In this document: in pieces, positions 1-12,909 of the stretch | How the letters are laid out: each line of letters begins with the position of its first letter | Position numbering within the stretch: position 1 is the first letter of the stretch | DNA from: Gracilinanus agilis | Lineage: Eukaryota | Length of the DNA: 63,885 nucleotides | Direction: 5' to 3' | Assembly (NCBI RefSeq): GCF_016433145.1 | Contig: NC_058131.1 | Span: 696,779,087 to 696,842,971, forward strand | Translations under genes and position numbers: made by a program | Notes under the pieces: model-generated | What the model was told of the DNA's origin: nothing | The model's input: only the letters and a program-made list of their open reading frames with translations | Databases searched by the model: none

Positions 1-1475
1 AATCTTCTTACCAACTCCTTTGATGATGAATAGAACCTCTGCTCCTCTCTGCTATTCTAGTTCTACTCTCAATTTCACTGTGGTAGGGCTCTCTACTCAA
101 CTTATCATGGGGTTCTTGGACCCTGAACCCTCTACCTTTGTTTGTCTTCCTGATGGCATTTGGACCATTGTCTAGTCATCTCTAATAGAAGCTATCTGAT
201 TAGTACATAATGGACTTTCTCCATTGCCTCTGTCTCTGTGTTTCTCTAAGTCTCTTTCAAAGGTATCTTCAATCCCCAATTGCACTTTTGGCTACCATTT
301 GTGTTTTGTTTTCCCTCAGAAGAACGTATGCTTCTTGATGTCTTCCCTTATGCTTGTTTTTGAATTTCCAGGACTTGGCACCATTTCTGGCTCCTGGTAA
401 GTGCTTCCTACATATCTGTTGCAAAGCATTGCCTTCCTATAGTTCTCTTGTGTCTATCTGCTTTTGTCTCTGTCTAGCTTGAAGTCTGTAACTCTTGAGT
501 ACTTTCCCCCATCATTCTATCTCTTTTATTCTCTGGTGAATGGTGAATAACCTACTCCTATTCTTATTTCTCTTGAGCAAGGACACTTCCTATACTTCTC
601 TCAACCAATCTCCGGCCCAACTACATTCGTTGGTAGCTTACCTTTATAATCAGTGACCTATATCTCTGATGAAAACAGAAAATAAGAGGTTGTAGCTATC
701 CAATGAAGTCAAGAAATGATTGATTGTAAGCTGGGTTTAGATGTTTCAGTACAGGGAGAAAATGAAACTGGCTTAAAGCTAATAAACTAAAAGCCTGGCC
801 AAACCAAGGACCCCGGCTTTCTGGGGAAACAGCCTGATGAGGAGACAGCCCTCTGAGTTAGGATACTTGCACCATGTTCCTTGAGCAAACTAAAAATAAA
901 TTATGACAGACTATCCACTAACTGTCTGGCCTGGGAATTAAGAAAAGCCATTTTTACCATGGCCAATTCTGAGTCTAGTGAAAGGTCAGAGCTTGGATAT
1001 ACCGGGAATAGTGCCAAGGTAAGAATTTTCCAATATATTTATTAATGGCTTGGAAGGTTAAGTAACATTATTTGCTGACAACATAAATAATTTAAACTGA
1101 ATATGGAGGGGAAAATAGATGGAAAACTCCATATTCATTAAAAAAATTCTCAGGTTTTATCCTCATGTAAATGTTGCACTCCCTGGGGCTGCAGATCTTT
1201 ATGTGTGGATGGGGATGCTTCTAAATGTTGGGGACCAGCTACACTGATGTTTCTCCTATTGCTCAATCTCCTGTTCCCTGGCCTTTGCATTGGATAATGC
1301 ATTCATTCAAGTAATTCTCTCCATCTTCCCCTCTACTTCATTCACAGAATCCTTGAGTACTTTTAAACCTCTCCACTCAAACACCATTTTATAAGTGAAG
1401 CCTTTCCAGATCCTCCAATTGATAGCACTCCCTTCCCTTCCTCTATCCTTCTTAAACTTTCTCCTGTTCATTTGG

Positions 1476-1478
<3 letters not shown>

Positions 1479-1528
<50 letters not shown>
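1479..1528 (+). repeat. (AC)25 microsatellite
   Basis: Direct read. Confidence 0.97.
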
Positions 1529-1530
<2 letters not shown>

Positions 1531-1830
1531 CGCTTCTCTCACCCCAGTAGTACATACCCTTTCCTAAGGTACGATCTGTTCCATTTTTGTTTTTGTATCA
1601 TCAGTATTATGCATAGATATATGCTTAAACGGCTTGCTTCAATCTCAGCTAAAATTACATCTTCTGCAAGCAGCCTTTCCCAACTCCATTCCTTCTAGTG
1701 CCTTCCTTCTGACATTATGTCCTTGTTATTCTGTTTGTAGTTGTTTGCAGGTTCTTTCCTTTAGACTGTGAGCTCCTGAAGAGAAGGCCTTTCTTTTCAT
1801 CCCCAGTGCTTCACACACTACCTGACCTAT

Positions 1831-2089
1831 GTTGTGGCTGTTCCATCATTGATCATGCCTGACTCTCTTTGACCCCATTTGGAGTCCTCTTGGTAAAGAT
1901 GCTGGAGTGATTTGCCATTTCCTCTCCTCCAGCTCATTTTACAACTGAGGAACTGAGGCAACTAGGGATTAAATGACTTTCCCAAGATCACATAGCTAGC
2001 AAGTGTCTAAGACCAGATTTAAATTCACAAATAGGAGTCTTCCTGATGTCAGGTCTGGCACTCTGCCCACTGTGCCACCTAGCTATCCC
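1831..2089 (-). mobile_element. Mar1 SINE (CORE + RTE-derived tail) nested in an L2 3' end
   Basis: gttgt...gaccccatttgg...gatgctggagtgatttgccatttc...tgtgccacctagc; TSD acctgacctat (1820-1830) / acctgacatat (2090-2100). The L2 terminus rejoins across it. Confidence 0.82.
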
Positions 2090-2881
2090 ACCTGACATAT
2101 AGTATGTGTTCAATAATTTTTTTGATTAATTGTTATCACTTATTGCTATCATTATAATTAACTTATTGATTCAAAGGGTGAATACATGGCATAGAAGACA
2201 GAAAAGATAGTAACTACTTTAGATTCCATTGTCATCTCTTTGGGAAAACAAAAAACAAAACAAAACAATATAGTTCCTGGTATTCAGGCAGTGAGTTCGT
2301 GATGGGCTTTAATTCCATTCAACAAAGATTAATTAAAGATCCATAAGCCATGTAGCTCAGTTGCTTGCACATGTAGCCTTCCCTGATCAGCTAAATGTAT
2401 TCTCTCTCTCCTCACTGGTTTCTTGAGCCTTTGCTTAAGAGTTCTCTGGCTCCTATCCATGCCTCATTGTGTTTATTGATAGGTTCATGTGTCATATCCT
2501 TCAAACCCTCTCTTCCTCATCCTGGAGAAAGCATATATCATCCCATGAGTAATAGATGAGGAGTAGCTCTCCTCCCCAACCATCTTCTGGACATCCTCAA
2601 CCATAGCTGATGTTCCAGGGGGAGATGGCCACAAGGAAGGAGACATGTTCCAGGATGGGGAGTCCCCACGTGCTGAGAGAAATTCCAAAGTGAGACTGAA
2701 GCTGAGGAATGTCATCAAAGGTTGGAAAATTGGAGGAAGAGCCAAGAGGAGAAATATCCCTCAAGCAATGGGAGTTGCCTGATATGGTCCTTTAGACTTA
2801 TTTTACAAAAATTAATTTGGTGATTTTTATGAAGGACATAGTGGAGAGGGGAGATCCTGTAAGCTGGGAGTCCATTTAGAC

Positions 2882-3095
2882 CTGTGTTGGCAAACCTATC
2901 GCATGTGTGCCAGATGGGGCTGCTCTCCTCCCATTCTCCACTGTGCCTGAGGACATTTTTCTCATCACCCACTCCTCTGTCCAGCTAGCCAATGGGAGTG
3001 CTTCCTCCCTCTCCTGTCTGGGGTAAGGGGCAGCTCACATGAGGCATGAGGGTTGCAGTTTGTATATTCAGTCTTTAAAAGGTTCACCATCACTG
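2882..3095. mobile_element. Non-autonomous hAT DNA transposon (MITE), 214 bp
   Basis: TIRs ctgtgttggcaaacct / aggttcaccatcactg; perfect 8-bp TSD ATTTAGAC (2874-2881 / 3096-3103). Confidence 0.85.
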
Positions 3096-3385
3096 ATTTA
3101 GACCGCGGTCCAAGAATATAGGAATGAAGTGTTGCTGACCTACTGATGCTGTCATAAGTAGTCAGAAAGGGATGGATTTAAGAGATTTTGGGGAGCCAAA
3201 CAAAGAAGTCTTTAGCCCTGTTTGGATACTACTGGGATAAGGGCAAGTGAGAAATCAAGGCTGACCCTAATGTTTTAAATCTGGGCTAGCTGACAGATAG
3301 TCATTTAGTCTACAGGGAATGGACTTCCTAGCTTTTCGAACCTTTACTATGAAAGTGAAAAGAGATAGAGGACAATATTTGGAAA

Positions 3386-3560
3386 CAGAGTTGTTCTGGA
3401 GCCCGCTCGACCCATATTCTGTGTGAGCATCAACACCTCAGAAATGGCCACAAATCAGGTGTGGAGTTCTTGTTTTGCTGATTGCACAGACTTAGGAGAG
3501 TGTTAATAATGAAGATTAAATTGAAATGTGTTTGTGGAGATATATGCGTGCGTAAATATG
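3386..3560 (+). mobile_element. Ancient hAT-Blackjack (MER63-like) relic
   Basis: The start cagagttgttctggagcccgctcgaccc resembles the recalled MER63 TIR CAGTGGTGTGCTGGAGCCGGCTCG, with internal acacctcagaaat...acaaatcagg. No TSD identified. Confidence 0.4.
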
Positions 3561-3703
3561 TGTGTGTTTAAGAGAATGATAGCTCAAAATTGACTGTCAA
3601 ATCCCTGTAGCCCCTAGAAATATTGCCTGAGTTCAGTAGGAAAGAAGATTTAGGGAAAACTGTCATCCCAGGCTGGAGGCCTGGGACTGTAGGGTAGCAA
3701 CGA

Positions 3704-3838
3704 TAACAGTAACAGCAAAAACAACAGCAGCAGCAGCAACAATAACAACATCACCAGAACCCCCCCACACACACTACCACCACCACCAGTACTACCACCA
3801 TCGCCAACACCACCACTGCCACCACCACCACCATAATG
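3704..3838 (+). repeat. Low-complexity trinucleotide tract (CAA/CAG then CAC/CCA)
   Basis: aacagcagcagcagcaacaataacaac...accaccaccaccag...accaccaccaccat; the source of the Gly/Leu/Trp-run ORFs in the track. Confidence 0.85.
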
Positions 3839-5515
3839 CTGACATTTCTCTAGCACTTGAGGTTGGCAAAGAGTCTCCTGATACCCCTTTGTAGAAGGTC
3901 CAGAAAAGTAGCTTTACAAATATGATTCCAGTTGAACATTTTGTCATGTCAGTCAGCAAAAGTGTATGGAAAGTGTGTAGATATTTCAGTCCGGTTAAGT
4001 GCCGGGGATACCGGGAAAGTGGCCAATCCCCCTGCTCACAAGGGGGACCACATTGAAAGAACCAAGTCCATACGAGACTCACTAAAGTGGATGAAAGTTC
4101 CTGGCAACTGAGGGTGGGGACAAGGAAACCCTTCTTTAGCCCCTTTTATGTTTCTGTCTGCTTCAAGATCAGAAGGGAGCCTGCCGGTTAGCTGATGAAT
4201 CCCTAGCAAGATATCTGAATACTTGCCAGATCATTCCTAATCCTGTTTGGTTGAATACTTACAGTAACAGGAAACTCACTATTGTAAGAGGCGAGATGTG
4301 ATCTTTTCAAGATTCAGATTACTCTGAATTCAGATTCAAACTACTGATAAACTCTTCTATTGTCTGAGTCCAATCCTGTCTTGCCCATGTTTCTACTCAC
4401 TGACTCTCACTGGGCAGTTCTGATTGGAAAGTCCCTCAGCACAGGGGCTCAGGTTGGACTGGAAAATGAAAGGGACGAAGAAGAAGAGGCAGCCTGAGTT
4501 CTGCGTACTTTGGGGTCGGTTCGGGGTCCTGCGCCTCAACTGATGAAAATGAATAATGAGTATCTTTACCACGTAAAGTCTCATTATGGTGACTTAAACT
4601 AAAGTCCACTTAGTCGTGGCCTTGTGGTCTCAATATAAGGACGTATTAAGCCCTAAAACGAGCAGCAGCGGACATGGAAAATGAGCCTGTGTCACTAGCT
4701 TGAGAAAGTGTCAAGGCAGGAAGATGTCCAGGCAAGGCCCAGAGTCCATCTCCAGACAGGAATCTATATTTTTGGTGATTAGGGATAGTTCTAGTCTTTC
4801 ACATGAGAGGATGGGAGGGCCGGGGCTCAGAAGGGAATTGCTTGGCTGCTTAGGAACCCTCAACATGAGCCCTGTGCTTATCTCAGGATTGCTTTAGTGA
4901 TGAACTGGGATCTCTATGAAACATTTCTTGCAGTTGGAGCTGGAGGCAGGTAGCTGGGAAATTTGGTTGGGTCTTGAGGGAGTTGACGGTGGCTTCTGAC
5001 AAGCCTGCTGAAGTTTGGTCTGTAAGAATGTAGTGTGATGGGTTGTGATAAGATCTTTTTTTCCCTAATATTTGCACTACTGAGCTGCTTATTTTGGTCC
5101 AGTCAAAAGCACACTGGCCCCTCTCTAGCCAACAGTGAACCCGCTGATTTGCCCCAAAGTAAGCCAAAGCAGAGTACTGCCCGTCCAAGACAGAATGGAA
5201 ACCAGAAGCCAGAGAAAGAAGGGTGCTTTGAAACCATAGGCCAATCCATTTGGGGAGGGGAGCAGTTACAAAGCCCTCATTTTACAGTTGAGGAAACTGA
5301 GGCTCAGAGAACATAAGTGACTTTGCCATGGACACACATATTAAGTGACAGTCAGAATTTTTTCCCTCATGCTATCAGTTAAGAGAGTAGAAAATACTCA
5401 CCCAAGATCATACTGTGAAAAATAATAAAGGCTGGGATAATTATTATTTTTCACATTTATACTACTATGTTCTGGGCACTCTACCAGTTCCTGCCCAAGT
5501 GGAGTTTATAGGCTA

Positions 5516-5516
<1 letters not shown>

Positions 5517-5562
<46 letters not shown>
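5517..5562 (+). repeat. (TG)23 microsatellite
   Basis: Direct read. Confidence 0.97.
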
Positions 5563-5571
<9 letters not shown>

Positions 5572-6182
5572 GTGGTCAGTATGTATACAGCCATGTGCAA
5601 ACAAGCTACAACTATGACATTTCCCTTCCTAAGACCCAGCTAGCTCTTCTGCTTAATTTTTGTGTTAAGATCAAATTTACCCAAAGAGAACTTTCTAACA
5701 ATGAAAGAGTTTTGGACCTTAAAAGGAGTTTTGGATTTGGATCAAAAGACCTGAGTTCAAATCCCTTTTTTCCCTCATGCTATCAGTATGATCTTGGGTG
5801 AGTATTTTCTACTCTCTTAACTTTGTTTTTCTTGAGGACGAAGTGAAGGAGTCCTATGTGAGATCATTTCTAAGGACCCTACTAGCACTCTCAGTGTATG
5901 ATCCACCTTTTCTCCCCAATTAGATGAGCTATTAAAGGGGCTGCACACTAGTTGCTACACCATTAGGGTGTTGCTTTGTTTTTCTGAAGCAAAGAATTCT
6001 GACACGAGGAACTTTTTTCTTTACTTCTTCAAAGTTCAGGCAAAAGGCAGTTAGTTTCACAGGTAGCAAAAGAGGGAAAAGCTTTTAGCATCAAATATAA
6101 TGGAACCGAAAATTGGGAACCTTTGTCTGGAAAGCCCCTCTATGGCTTTAAGGGTAGGAAAAGACTCAGAACAACAGTGATG

Positions 6183-6185
<3 letters not shown>

Positions 6186-6226
<41 letters not shown>
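6186..6226 (+). repeat. (TG)20 microsatellite
   Basis: Direct read. Confidence 0.95.
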
Positions 6227-6232
<6 letters not shown>

Positions 6233-7105
6233 ACACATCATGCACCCATCTGCTTTTGATGAAGATAAATCACGTTGCTGAAGCATCCTCCCCAGCTGGT
6301 GCGGCTGTCTCTTTCTTCTTCATTATGGCGGCTCTTGAATTCATGTTCTGATAAGAGTCTAGAGCCCAGGCTCTACTCTTACTAGATGTTCATACTGAAG
6401 AGAGATGGGAAGACAAAAAGATAAATATGGAGGAGAGGATGGGCAAAGAGGAACCAGCCTCTTGTAACAATTGAAAAGACGCCCTCAAGCTAGCCAGATG
6501 CCTCGTGATTTCACTCTGCCCACCAGTCCACGGAGCAATCAGAAAAATGAAAGAAAGAATGATGAGATGTGAGGGAGCTCTGAGCCAACAGGCTTTCTGC
6601 TGTGGAAATAAGTGCATGCAGGAAGTATGGCAGCTTCCCCTGTTCCACATGCATCGCCACCCAGGAACAGCCTCTCTCCTTGAAGCCAGTGGAGGAAACT
6701 TCTGATGGAGTAAACCTAACCTGACCTGGTAGGAGGTGGGACGGGTCTGCTCAGGAGACCCTTTGACTAGAAACTCGATGGAAGCTCTGCCCCAGCGGCT
6801 CCCCAAATAAGTGTGCTCCTCTGCTCCCACCGCCTTAGAAAATATCCTGGAATCCGTCCTGTTCCAGCCAGTACATCCTTACTGTACAGAAATGCTGTGT
6901 CTCCTTGGAGCCATCATTTCCTGGATCATTTCACTCTATTTCCAGGTGCCCTTAAGTAATGCCCATGTAAGCAAACCAGCTCTGATATCTTCTGCTTACC
7001 AGATGACAGTTCTTGGAACCTTGTGGTTCACCCTAAGGCAGGTTCATAAATAATTTTTTTGGAGTAGAAAATAAAAATTCTGCTGTGATTACAATTTATT
7101 GGCTA

Positions 7106-7141
7106 ACACACACACACACGCACACGCATACACACGCACAT

Positions 7142-7171
<30 letters not shown>
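7106..7171 (+). repeat. Interrupted (CA)n microsatellite
   Basis: Direct read; contains CG and TG interruptions. Confidence 0.93.
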
Positions 7172-7173
<2 letters not shown>

Positions 7174-8127
7174 TTGATTTGGCAGAGGAAAACACTAACT
7201 TAAATATTCCCCTCCAGTCAGGTATACCCCATGCACAGAGTGAAATCCTATATGATTCCTTGGAAGATAAAAGAACCGATAACTGTTCAAAGACCCCACT
7301 GTTATTGCTGTTGTTCTTATTATTTAGCAAATATTGGCTGTTTTAAGTTTTACAAAGTGCTTTAAAATATGGTGTCACTTAATATTCACAAAAACTGGAA
7401 GCAGTGGTTATTATCCCTATTTCAGAGGTGAGGAAACTGAAGCAGAGAAATGAAATGACTTGCCCAGGGTCACATAGCTAGTAAGGGTCAAGATTCTGGA
7501 TTTGAATTCCAATCATCTTGACTCCAGAGGCAGATCTCTGTCCATTGGCTGTTGACCTGAAAGATGCCTCATTCAAAGGCCATATGACTAGCCCCAAGGA
7601 TAGTGAGGTTCTCCAGATGCCTGGCTTTGTGCTTGGCATGGCTGTAAATTGTTTCCTGACCCTGAACATTGCTGAGTGTCCTAATGAAGATGTAGCTGTG
7701 GCACGGCAGTGACCACATCCAAGTCAAACTGTCTCGGCAGACAGGTAAGCCAGGTGGAGGGGAGCCACCAGACTTGACATCTGTTGGCGATCCGGGGCAA
7801 TACCCACCCCTAAGCACACGAAGGCTTCTTTCTCCCAGCGGAAAGGGCAGAAGAGAGCAGTTTGTTTCAGCAGCCACACAGGGGACTGAAGCAAGTGTTG
7901 GGGCGTGTGTAGAGCATGGTCAGACATCAAAGCCATAAAGGTCACCCTCTGCGATCCAGGCCATCCCTAGTTGGCCTGACTCTTGTCTTGCCACTGCATT
8001 TTAATGTCTCTGGAAGAGAGTGAGACTGATGATTTTGCAACTCTCACTCACTAAAATCCAGGTCACATACAAGTCAGGACATCACTCATTTGGACACCAT
8101 CCGCCTTTGAAAATGAAGGAGGAGGAG

Positions 8128-8305
8128 GAAGAGCTAGGTGACAGTGGGTGGAATGCCAGGTCTACAGATGGGAGGTCTTGAGTTCAAATCTGGATCAGAC
8201 ACTTCCTAGCTGTGTGACCCTGGACAAGTCATTTAGCTTAACCTTTGCTGCTCTGCTATACTTAGTATTAATTCTAAGACCAAAGGTTGGGGTTTTCTAA
8301 AAAAC
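8128..8305 (+). mobile_element. Opossum-type SINE1 (degenerate)
   Basis: gagctaggtgacagtggg...gagttcaaatctgg...cttcctagctgtgtgaccctgg...ttctaagac, followed by an A-rich tail. Boundaries approximate. Confidence 0.7.
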
Positions 8306-9530
8306 AAAATGAAGAATGAACGAGCACAATCAAGATCCAGAATTTTTCAGAAGAACAACATATGGGTGAATAATTCTAGGCAATATTAATTGGATCATGA
8401 ACTCTAATCAATTGACATTACAAAAGTAAACACAATCACATGCCCTGCCTTTGCCCCCCGAAATAATAATTAGATAACAGCTTACATTTATATAGCAATT
8501 ATACAGGCACTGTGCCAAATGTTTTATATTGATCTCATTGGATCCTTATATTAATCCTGGGAAGCAGTTACTCTTATTCTCTCCATTTTACAGATGAGGC
8601 AAACAGAAGTGACTTGACCAGGATTACACAGCCAAAAGGTATATGAGGTCAGATTTAAACCCATCTCCCTTACTTTATTTAAGCCCAGGGCTTCATCCAC
8701 TGTATTGAAAGACTTCATTTTTCCTCAGACAAATCTAGAAAGCCTATAACTATCTATCATGCAAAGGCTGATGCTGTAGTCTTTATAAACATTAGGGCAT
8801 GATCCAGTGTATAATATAGTGCTTGTATTAATAGTAGTATTTTACATACAATTTTCATATATGTCAATATACATATATTCACATATAAACATATGTATTG
8901 GTATATTGAATATAAAATACATGATATATAGATTTACATGGATATAAATAATATTCTAATAACATGATGAAATAGAATGTAATCTGTGCTGAACATAGAA
9001 TGCTGACTATCATAAAAATTTAATAATTGGCAATTCAGTTCATGGAGCAAAGTGAGGAAGGACATGGAATTACCAATGAGCAATTTGTAGTCAGAGGACA
9101 AGAAGTCATTCAAAATCTGTGAATCAGAGAGCATGAGACATACAATAAGGCTGCAAAGCAGGGTACAATGAGGTTGTGGCAGGCACTGATTGCCAGTCAA
9201 GGACTTTAAAACTGATTTGGAAAGGAAGAGGGAGTCACTGGAAAAAAATGGTGGGGTAGCAGCATTCCTGTTTTGTGGGTGAGAATGCCTATTCTGGCAG
9301 GAGTGTGAAGGCTTCATTGGAGTAGGAGAGGGAATGCAAGAAGGGCTAATTATAAAGTGGGTGTGGCTTGGTCGAAAATGTAGAGATGCAAAGAATTAAA
9401 AAAGGGAAAAAGACCTACTCGTACAAAAATATTTACAGCAACTCTTTGTGTGGTGGCAAAGAATTGGAAAATGAGATGTCCATCCATTGGGAAATGGCTG
9501 TACAAGTTGTGGTATATGATTGTAATGGAA

Positions 9531-9757
9531 TGTTGTTGTTAGTCATTCAGTCATGTGGAATCTCGGTGACCCCATGGTCCATAGTTATGCACAGGGGTTT
9601 CTTGGCAAGGATGCTGGAGTGGTTTACCATTCTCTTCCCCAGTAGACCCAGTGGATCCCTTTGACAGGTAGTCAGAGATTAAGTGACTCCCCCAGAGTCA
9701 CCCAGCTAGTAAATGTGTGAAACCACATTTGAACTCAGATCTTCCTGACTCCAGACC
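9531..9757 (-). mobile_element. Mar1 SINE, 5'-truncated, inside older L1
   Basis: tgttgttgttagtcattcagtcatg...ggcaaggatgctggagtggtttaccattc...gaactcagatcttcctgactccag. Confidence 0.75.
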
Positions 9758-10000
9758 AAAATTAGAAAAAAAATCCTGCAGATTTTTTTTGGTTGGTTTG
9801 TTTGTTTTCTGAAATTATCCTTCTTGTCATTTCTTAAAGCACAGAAAACAAACAAACCAACCAAAAAAAATCTGTAAAGATTTACCTGAATTGATGCAAA
9901 GTGAAATGAGCAGAATCAGGAAATCTTTGTACATATAATCAACTATGAATGACTTAGCTATTTACAGCAATACGATGATCCAAGATAATTCTGCAGGACT

Positions 10001-10184
10001 TTTTTTTCTAATTTTTTTAAACCCTTAACTTCAGTGTATTGGCTCCTTGGAGGAAGAGTGGTAAGGATGGGCAATGACTTACCCAGGGTCACACAGCTGG
10101 GAAGTGTCTGAGGCCAGATTTGAACCTAGGACCTCCCATCTCTAGGCCAGACTCTCAATCCAGTGAGCTACCCAGCTGCCCCCT
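10001..10184 (-). mobile_element. Opossum-type SINE1 (CORE SINE)
   Basis: Poly-T tail, aaacccttaacttc...cagctgcccc; TSD ctgcaggact / ctgcagcact. Inserted in an older L1. Confidence 0.85.
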
Positions 10185-11039
10185 CTGCAGCACTTTTGAT
10201 AAAACCTGATATCCACCTCCAGAGAAAGAACTGATGGAGTGTAGATGAAGATTGAAGCATATTATTTTTTCACTTTATTTTCTTTATGTTTTTTAACATG
10301 TGCTTTTTTCCCCCACACAGTATAGAAATGCCTTGCATATCACATATATAACCTATATTAAATTGTGTAGCATCTCGGGAGGGGGGAAGCAAAAGAAAGA
10401 AGGAGATTAATTTGTCAAAATTTTAGAAAACAAATGGTAAAATTTATTTTATGTGCAACTGGGAAAATATAAAGTATTTAAAGAAAAAATATTGAGTGTG
10501 GGGATATGGATCTGCGTGAGGTGGTGAAAATGAATCAGAGAAGATAAGGCATTGAACTGAAAGTTACCAGCATTGACCCAGCCCTCCATCTAACCCTAAC
10601 CCTATCCAAATGTCTTCACCATATTCTGCTCTGAAACTACTACTCCTATTCTACCTTACAAATTGGAACACTAGAGGCCATGTCGGGAGGAGATAAGGCA
10701 CACAGTTCTGCCATGCCAGGGACTCCCTTCCCCATTACTCCCCACTTCTGCCTCTTTCTTTGAGAACCATAATAATTTTGCAGAGCCTCTGCCCAATTTT
10801 GGTTTCCTTCAGGAGTGAGCTCCAGTGCCCCCTTCTTCACAAAGCTTTTCTTATTCTCTGAGGTGGCCTATGTACCCCATCCCCAGACTTCCTTGTATTA
10901 TTTTTATTATGTAACCTCTATATATTCATATGGAGACGTGGCTAAACCTCAAGCTGATGGCATTAGAGAATCACACTTGACTTCAAGGTTACTCCCAGAA
11001 TCCTGAGGGAAAACGTTGTCTTGTTCTGTAACTGATCTT

Positions 11040-11690
11040 CATCTGTGAAACAATGAATTGAGATACAGATCTACAAACTTTTTTAGGCTACACTGTAAGG
11101 ATGAGATTGAATATGAGCTGACACTTGAGTTGGACAAATCAATCTTACCAGCCAAAGATCAGCAAAATATATCTAAATAGCAGTTTGGCTTATAAAAGTC
11201 TGGGGCATTTAGTGGATGCTAAAGGGTAGCATGAGTCAATAGGATGGTATAACAGTCAATCAATGAGCAAGCATTCATTTCCATGTAGTCTGTGTCAGGA
11301 ATTGGGTCAAATGATAAGAATCCCAATACACAAATGACACTGCCCCTGCTCTCAAGAAAGAAGAAGTAACTTTGGATTGCATTAATGGAGGCTTAGAGGC
11401 TCGCTCTGAGTATGTGAACATCCGACTAGATTCTCTGCTGGTCAGGAAATAATTAGGATTTTGGAACTAATTCTAGGCATCTCAGAAAGTACTCTAATAG
11501 AATACAATAGACATGACATGATCTTAAAAATGCTACATGAAGGTCTGTAGAAGGAAGTGGGGGTATTCAGCATGAATAAAGGAGACTTGGGTTGGAGGGT
11601 GAACTGATATCACATCTCTTCACCTCTCTGAAGAGTTTCCTTGTGGTTTGAGTATAAATATCATTGTGCTTGACTCCAGGATACAAGGGT
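11040..11690 (+). mobile_element. CR1/L3 LINE 3' relic
   Basis: tgagtcaa...tttggattgcattaatggagg...ctctgctggtcagg matches the decayed CR1/L3 RT 3' region. Boundaries approximate. Confidence 0.55.
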
Positions 11691-12052
11691 GGGAGTAATG
11701 AAAATCATTCTAGTATATAGTACAGTGCTCTGTAGACAGTAGACATTTACTATTAATACTAGTTCTTGTATTTTGTTTTCATATTACAGAAAAAGTAAAG
11801 TAAACAAAAGAAAACACAACTGAAAACCGACTCTGAAAGTGTACACATTCCAAACCCATTGAACATCCAACCTCTCTATTTTTAAAGTCTTTAAACAATG
11901 TAATGGAAACCTACTTTCTTTCCTTCCTACCCCATGGGGGAGGAAGAAGGAAAGAGAAACAGAAACAGAGAGATCAAGACAGAGAGACAGATAAGAAAAT
12001 CAAATTGCTTGCTACAAATATGTGTAGTCAAACACATTCCCTTATTGGCTCT

Positions 12053-12083
<31 letters not shown>

Positions 12084-12539
12084 CGCGTGTGCATGCATGC
12101 TTGCATGTGTATAACCCCATCCATATAATTCATTCTGCCCCTAACACCTGCACCTCTCAGGAGAGGTACAGCAGATATCATCACTCACTGTTCCTCTGGA
12201 ATTATTCATGTTCACTCTATTGATCATAGTTCTATCAGTTTTCAAAATTGTTTATCTTTGCAGTATTATTTCTAATATATATTTTTGCTCTGGTTCTGCT
12301 CATTTCCTTCTTCAACAGTTCATAAAAGCACTCCGGCTTATGCATTTAAAAATAATAATAGGGATTCGCTTCCAAATTGCTCTTCTGGTTCTGCTGACTT
12401 TCCTCTGCACCTGATCACATCAATATTTGTATCTCTTTGAAGTCAAAAATTTCCTCATTCTTTCCAAAATCTATTATGCCTCAGCTGAACACATGCATGG
12501 AAAGCAGGGGGAACAAAAATGATTTTAGATAAGGAAACA

Positions 12540-12853
12540 AATAAAATTGTTTCAACTAAAAGAGATAAAGAGGGAAACTATTTTGTAGAAAGGTAAAATA
12601 GACAATTAATTTAAAAAGACATGCACTTGAATGGTATGGCTTCTTAATACTTAAAGGAAAAACTACATTAAATAATTACAAGAAGAAACAGAAGGTAAAA
12701 TTGTAATGGAAGGATTCAATTTGCCCATTATCAGTCCTAGATAAATAGAATCAAAAAATGAGAAAAAAGGTTAAAGATCTGAATAGAGTTTTACAATTAA
12801 TAGTTATGGTAAAGCTCTGATGATGATTGAATGACAAGAGAAAGAAGTAGATA

Positions 12854-12909
<56 letters not shown>

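Larger units (their letters stand above)
9395..10480 (+). mobile_element. Older marsupial L1 3' fragment, interrupted by Mar1, a local inversion and SINE1
   Basis: tgtacaaaaatattta-like ORF2 end (GKRPTCTKIF..AL.VVAKNWK) and 3' UTR atccacctccagagaaagaactgatggag. Boundaries approximate. Confidence 0.65.

Noticed and set aside
487-1080. Possible LTR-like block with TTTTATT, TTTATA and a strong donor AAG|GTAAGA near 1018
   Set aside because: No TG...CA boundary pair with a TSD could be found.
7500-7750. Strong donor CAG|GTAAGC at 7744 suggesting a lncRNA exon
   Set aside because: No clear acceptor or partner exon; isolated donor motifs are common.
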